DNA of 61,056 nt from a virus, in the IMG/VR virus record IMGVR_UViG_3300027498_000004, positions 1 to 61,056 of that record. One strand, given 5' to 3'. This document shows positions 60,687-61,056 of the stretch, piece by piece. The position numbers were made by a program, and so were the translations under genes. The notes beneath the pieces were generated by a model. That model did not search any database. It was not told the DNA's origin and saw only the letters and a program-made list of their open reading frames with translations. The first letter of the stretch is position 1, and every line of letters begins with the position of its first letter.

Positions 60687-61056
60687 ATGCAAAAAACATT
60701 GATTTTTAAATCGTATGCTGAATTTCTAAAAAGAGAAGATAAATCTATCAATGGTGTATCAAAATCATTTAGCGAAAAACGTTCAGACTATAAGCAAGAT
60801 AATTCAACAAATAATGGTTGTTGGAATTGCCGGTCTTGCAGCTATTGCAGCGATTGCAGCTATTGCAGCGATTGCAGCGATTGCCGCAATTGCCGGTCTT
60901 GCAGCTATTGCAGCGATTGCAGCTATTGCAGCGATTGCAGCGATTGCAGCGATTGCCGCGATTGCAGCGATTGCAGCTATTGCAGCTATTGCAGCTATTG
61001 CCGCTCTTGCAGCTATTGCAGCTCTTGCAGCTATTGCAGCGATTGCAGCTATTGCA
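60687..61056 (+). CDS. Cys-x-x triplet-repeat protein, 5' portion (runs off the window end; continues at 90-670)
   Basis: ATG 60687, 44 unique codons (MQKTLIFKSYAEFLKREDKS...NSTNNG), then CWN-CRS-CSY-CSD... units to the last base. No stop codon. Confidence 0.8.
   Translation, partial: MQKTLIFKSYAEFLKREDKSINGVSKSFSEKRSDYKQDNSTNNGCWNCRSCSYCSDCSYCSDCSDCRNCRSCSYCSDCSYCSDCSDCSDCRDCSDCSYCSYCSYCRSCSYCSSCSYCSDCSYC
60819..61056 (+). repeat. 9-bp tandem repeat array, 5' part (26 full units plus the start of the next)
   Basis: Read directly: TGT TGG AAT, TGC CGG TCT, then TGC AGC TAT/GAT units. The last 89 bp equal 1-89. Confidence 0.95.

Overview
The window is a complete, circularly closed genome of a tailed dsDNA phage. 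Bases 1-89 are identical to 60968-61056, so the unique length is 60,967 bp. The host looks like a Bacteroidota or Flavobacteriia-type bacterium: promoters follow TTG-N20-TAnnTTTG, there are almost no Shine-Dalgarno sites, signal peptides end in AQ/SQ, and one protein carries a T9SS type-B sorting domain. About 95 genes lie on the + strand, and the only minus-strand gene is an initiator-like tRNA-Met.

Modules in order:
- Packaging and regulation (1-6 kb): TerL and an ECF-like sigma factor.
- Tail (6.3-14.6 kb): tape measure and two large Cys-rich tail proteins.
- Head (15.2-20 kb): prohead protease-scaffold fusion, capsid and a portal-like protein.
- Cys-rich block (20-33 kb): from 23,071 onward every ORF starts with a signal peptide. 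It includes a tail-fibre-like protein with an S74 chaperone domain.
- Lysis (32.9-34.3 kb).
- Early/replication-recombination region (34.4-52.8 kb): RecT, PD-(D/E)XK exonuclease, an AEP-like primase, an SF2 helicase, HNH, a replisome organiser, a C5-MTase, a RuvC-like protein and ParB-MTase.
- Accessory region (45-56 kb), interleaved with the above: a secreted S8 protease, a vanadium-haloperoxidase-like PAP2 protein, a GH-A-like hydrolase and a T9SS type-B cargo.
- Small-ORF region (56-60.7 kb): tRNA-Cys plus DUF5131, DUF4031 and ASCH-like genes.

Most notable observations:
1. A gene wrapping the contig ends encodes 51 uninterrupted Cys-x-x triplets built from 9-bp DNA repeats. The phage also carries a tRNA-Cys(GCA).
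2. The set of exported proteins is unusually large for a phage. It includes a bona fide T9SS type-B C-terminal sorting domain protein followed by a possible outer-membrane partner.
3. Three clearly homologous or coding-looking genes are broken: a T9 frameshift, an in-frame TAG in the ParB-MTase gene, and an in-frame TAA in the ASCH-like gene. No suppressor tRNA is present.
4. A conserved early-promoter/palindromic-operator family occurs at six intergenic sites. One is followed by an attenuator-like terminator and one by a structured leader in front of the HNH gene.

All functional calls come from motif reading by eye; no database search was possible.
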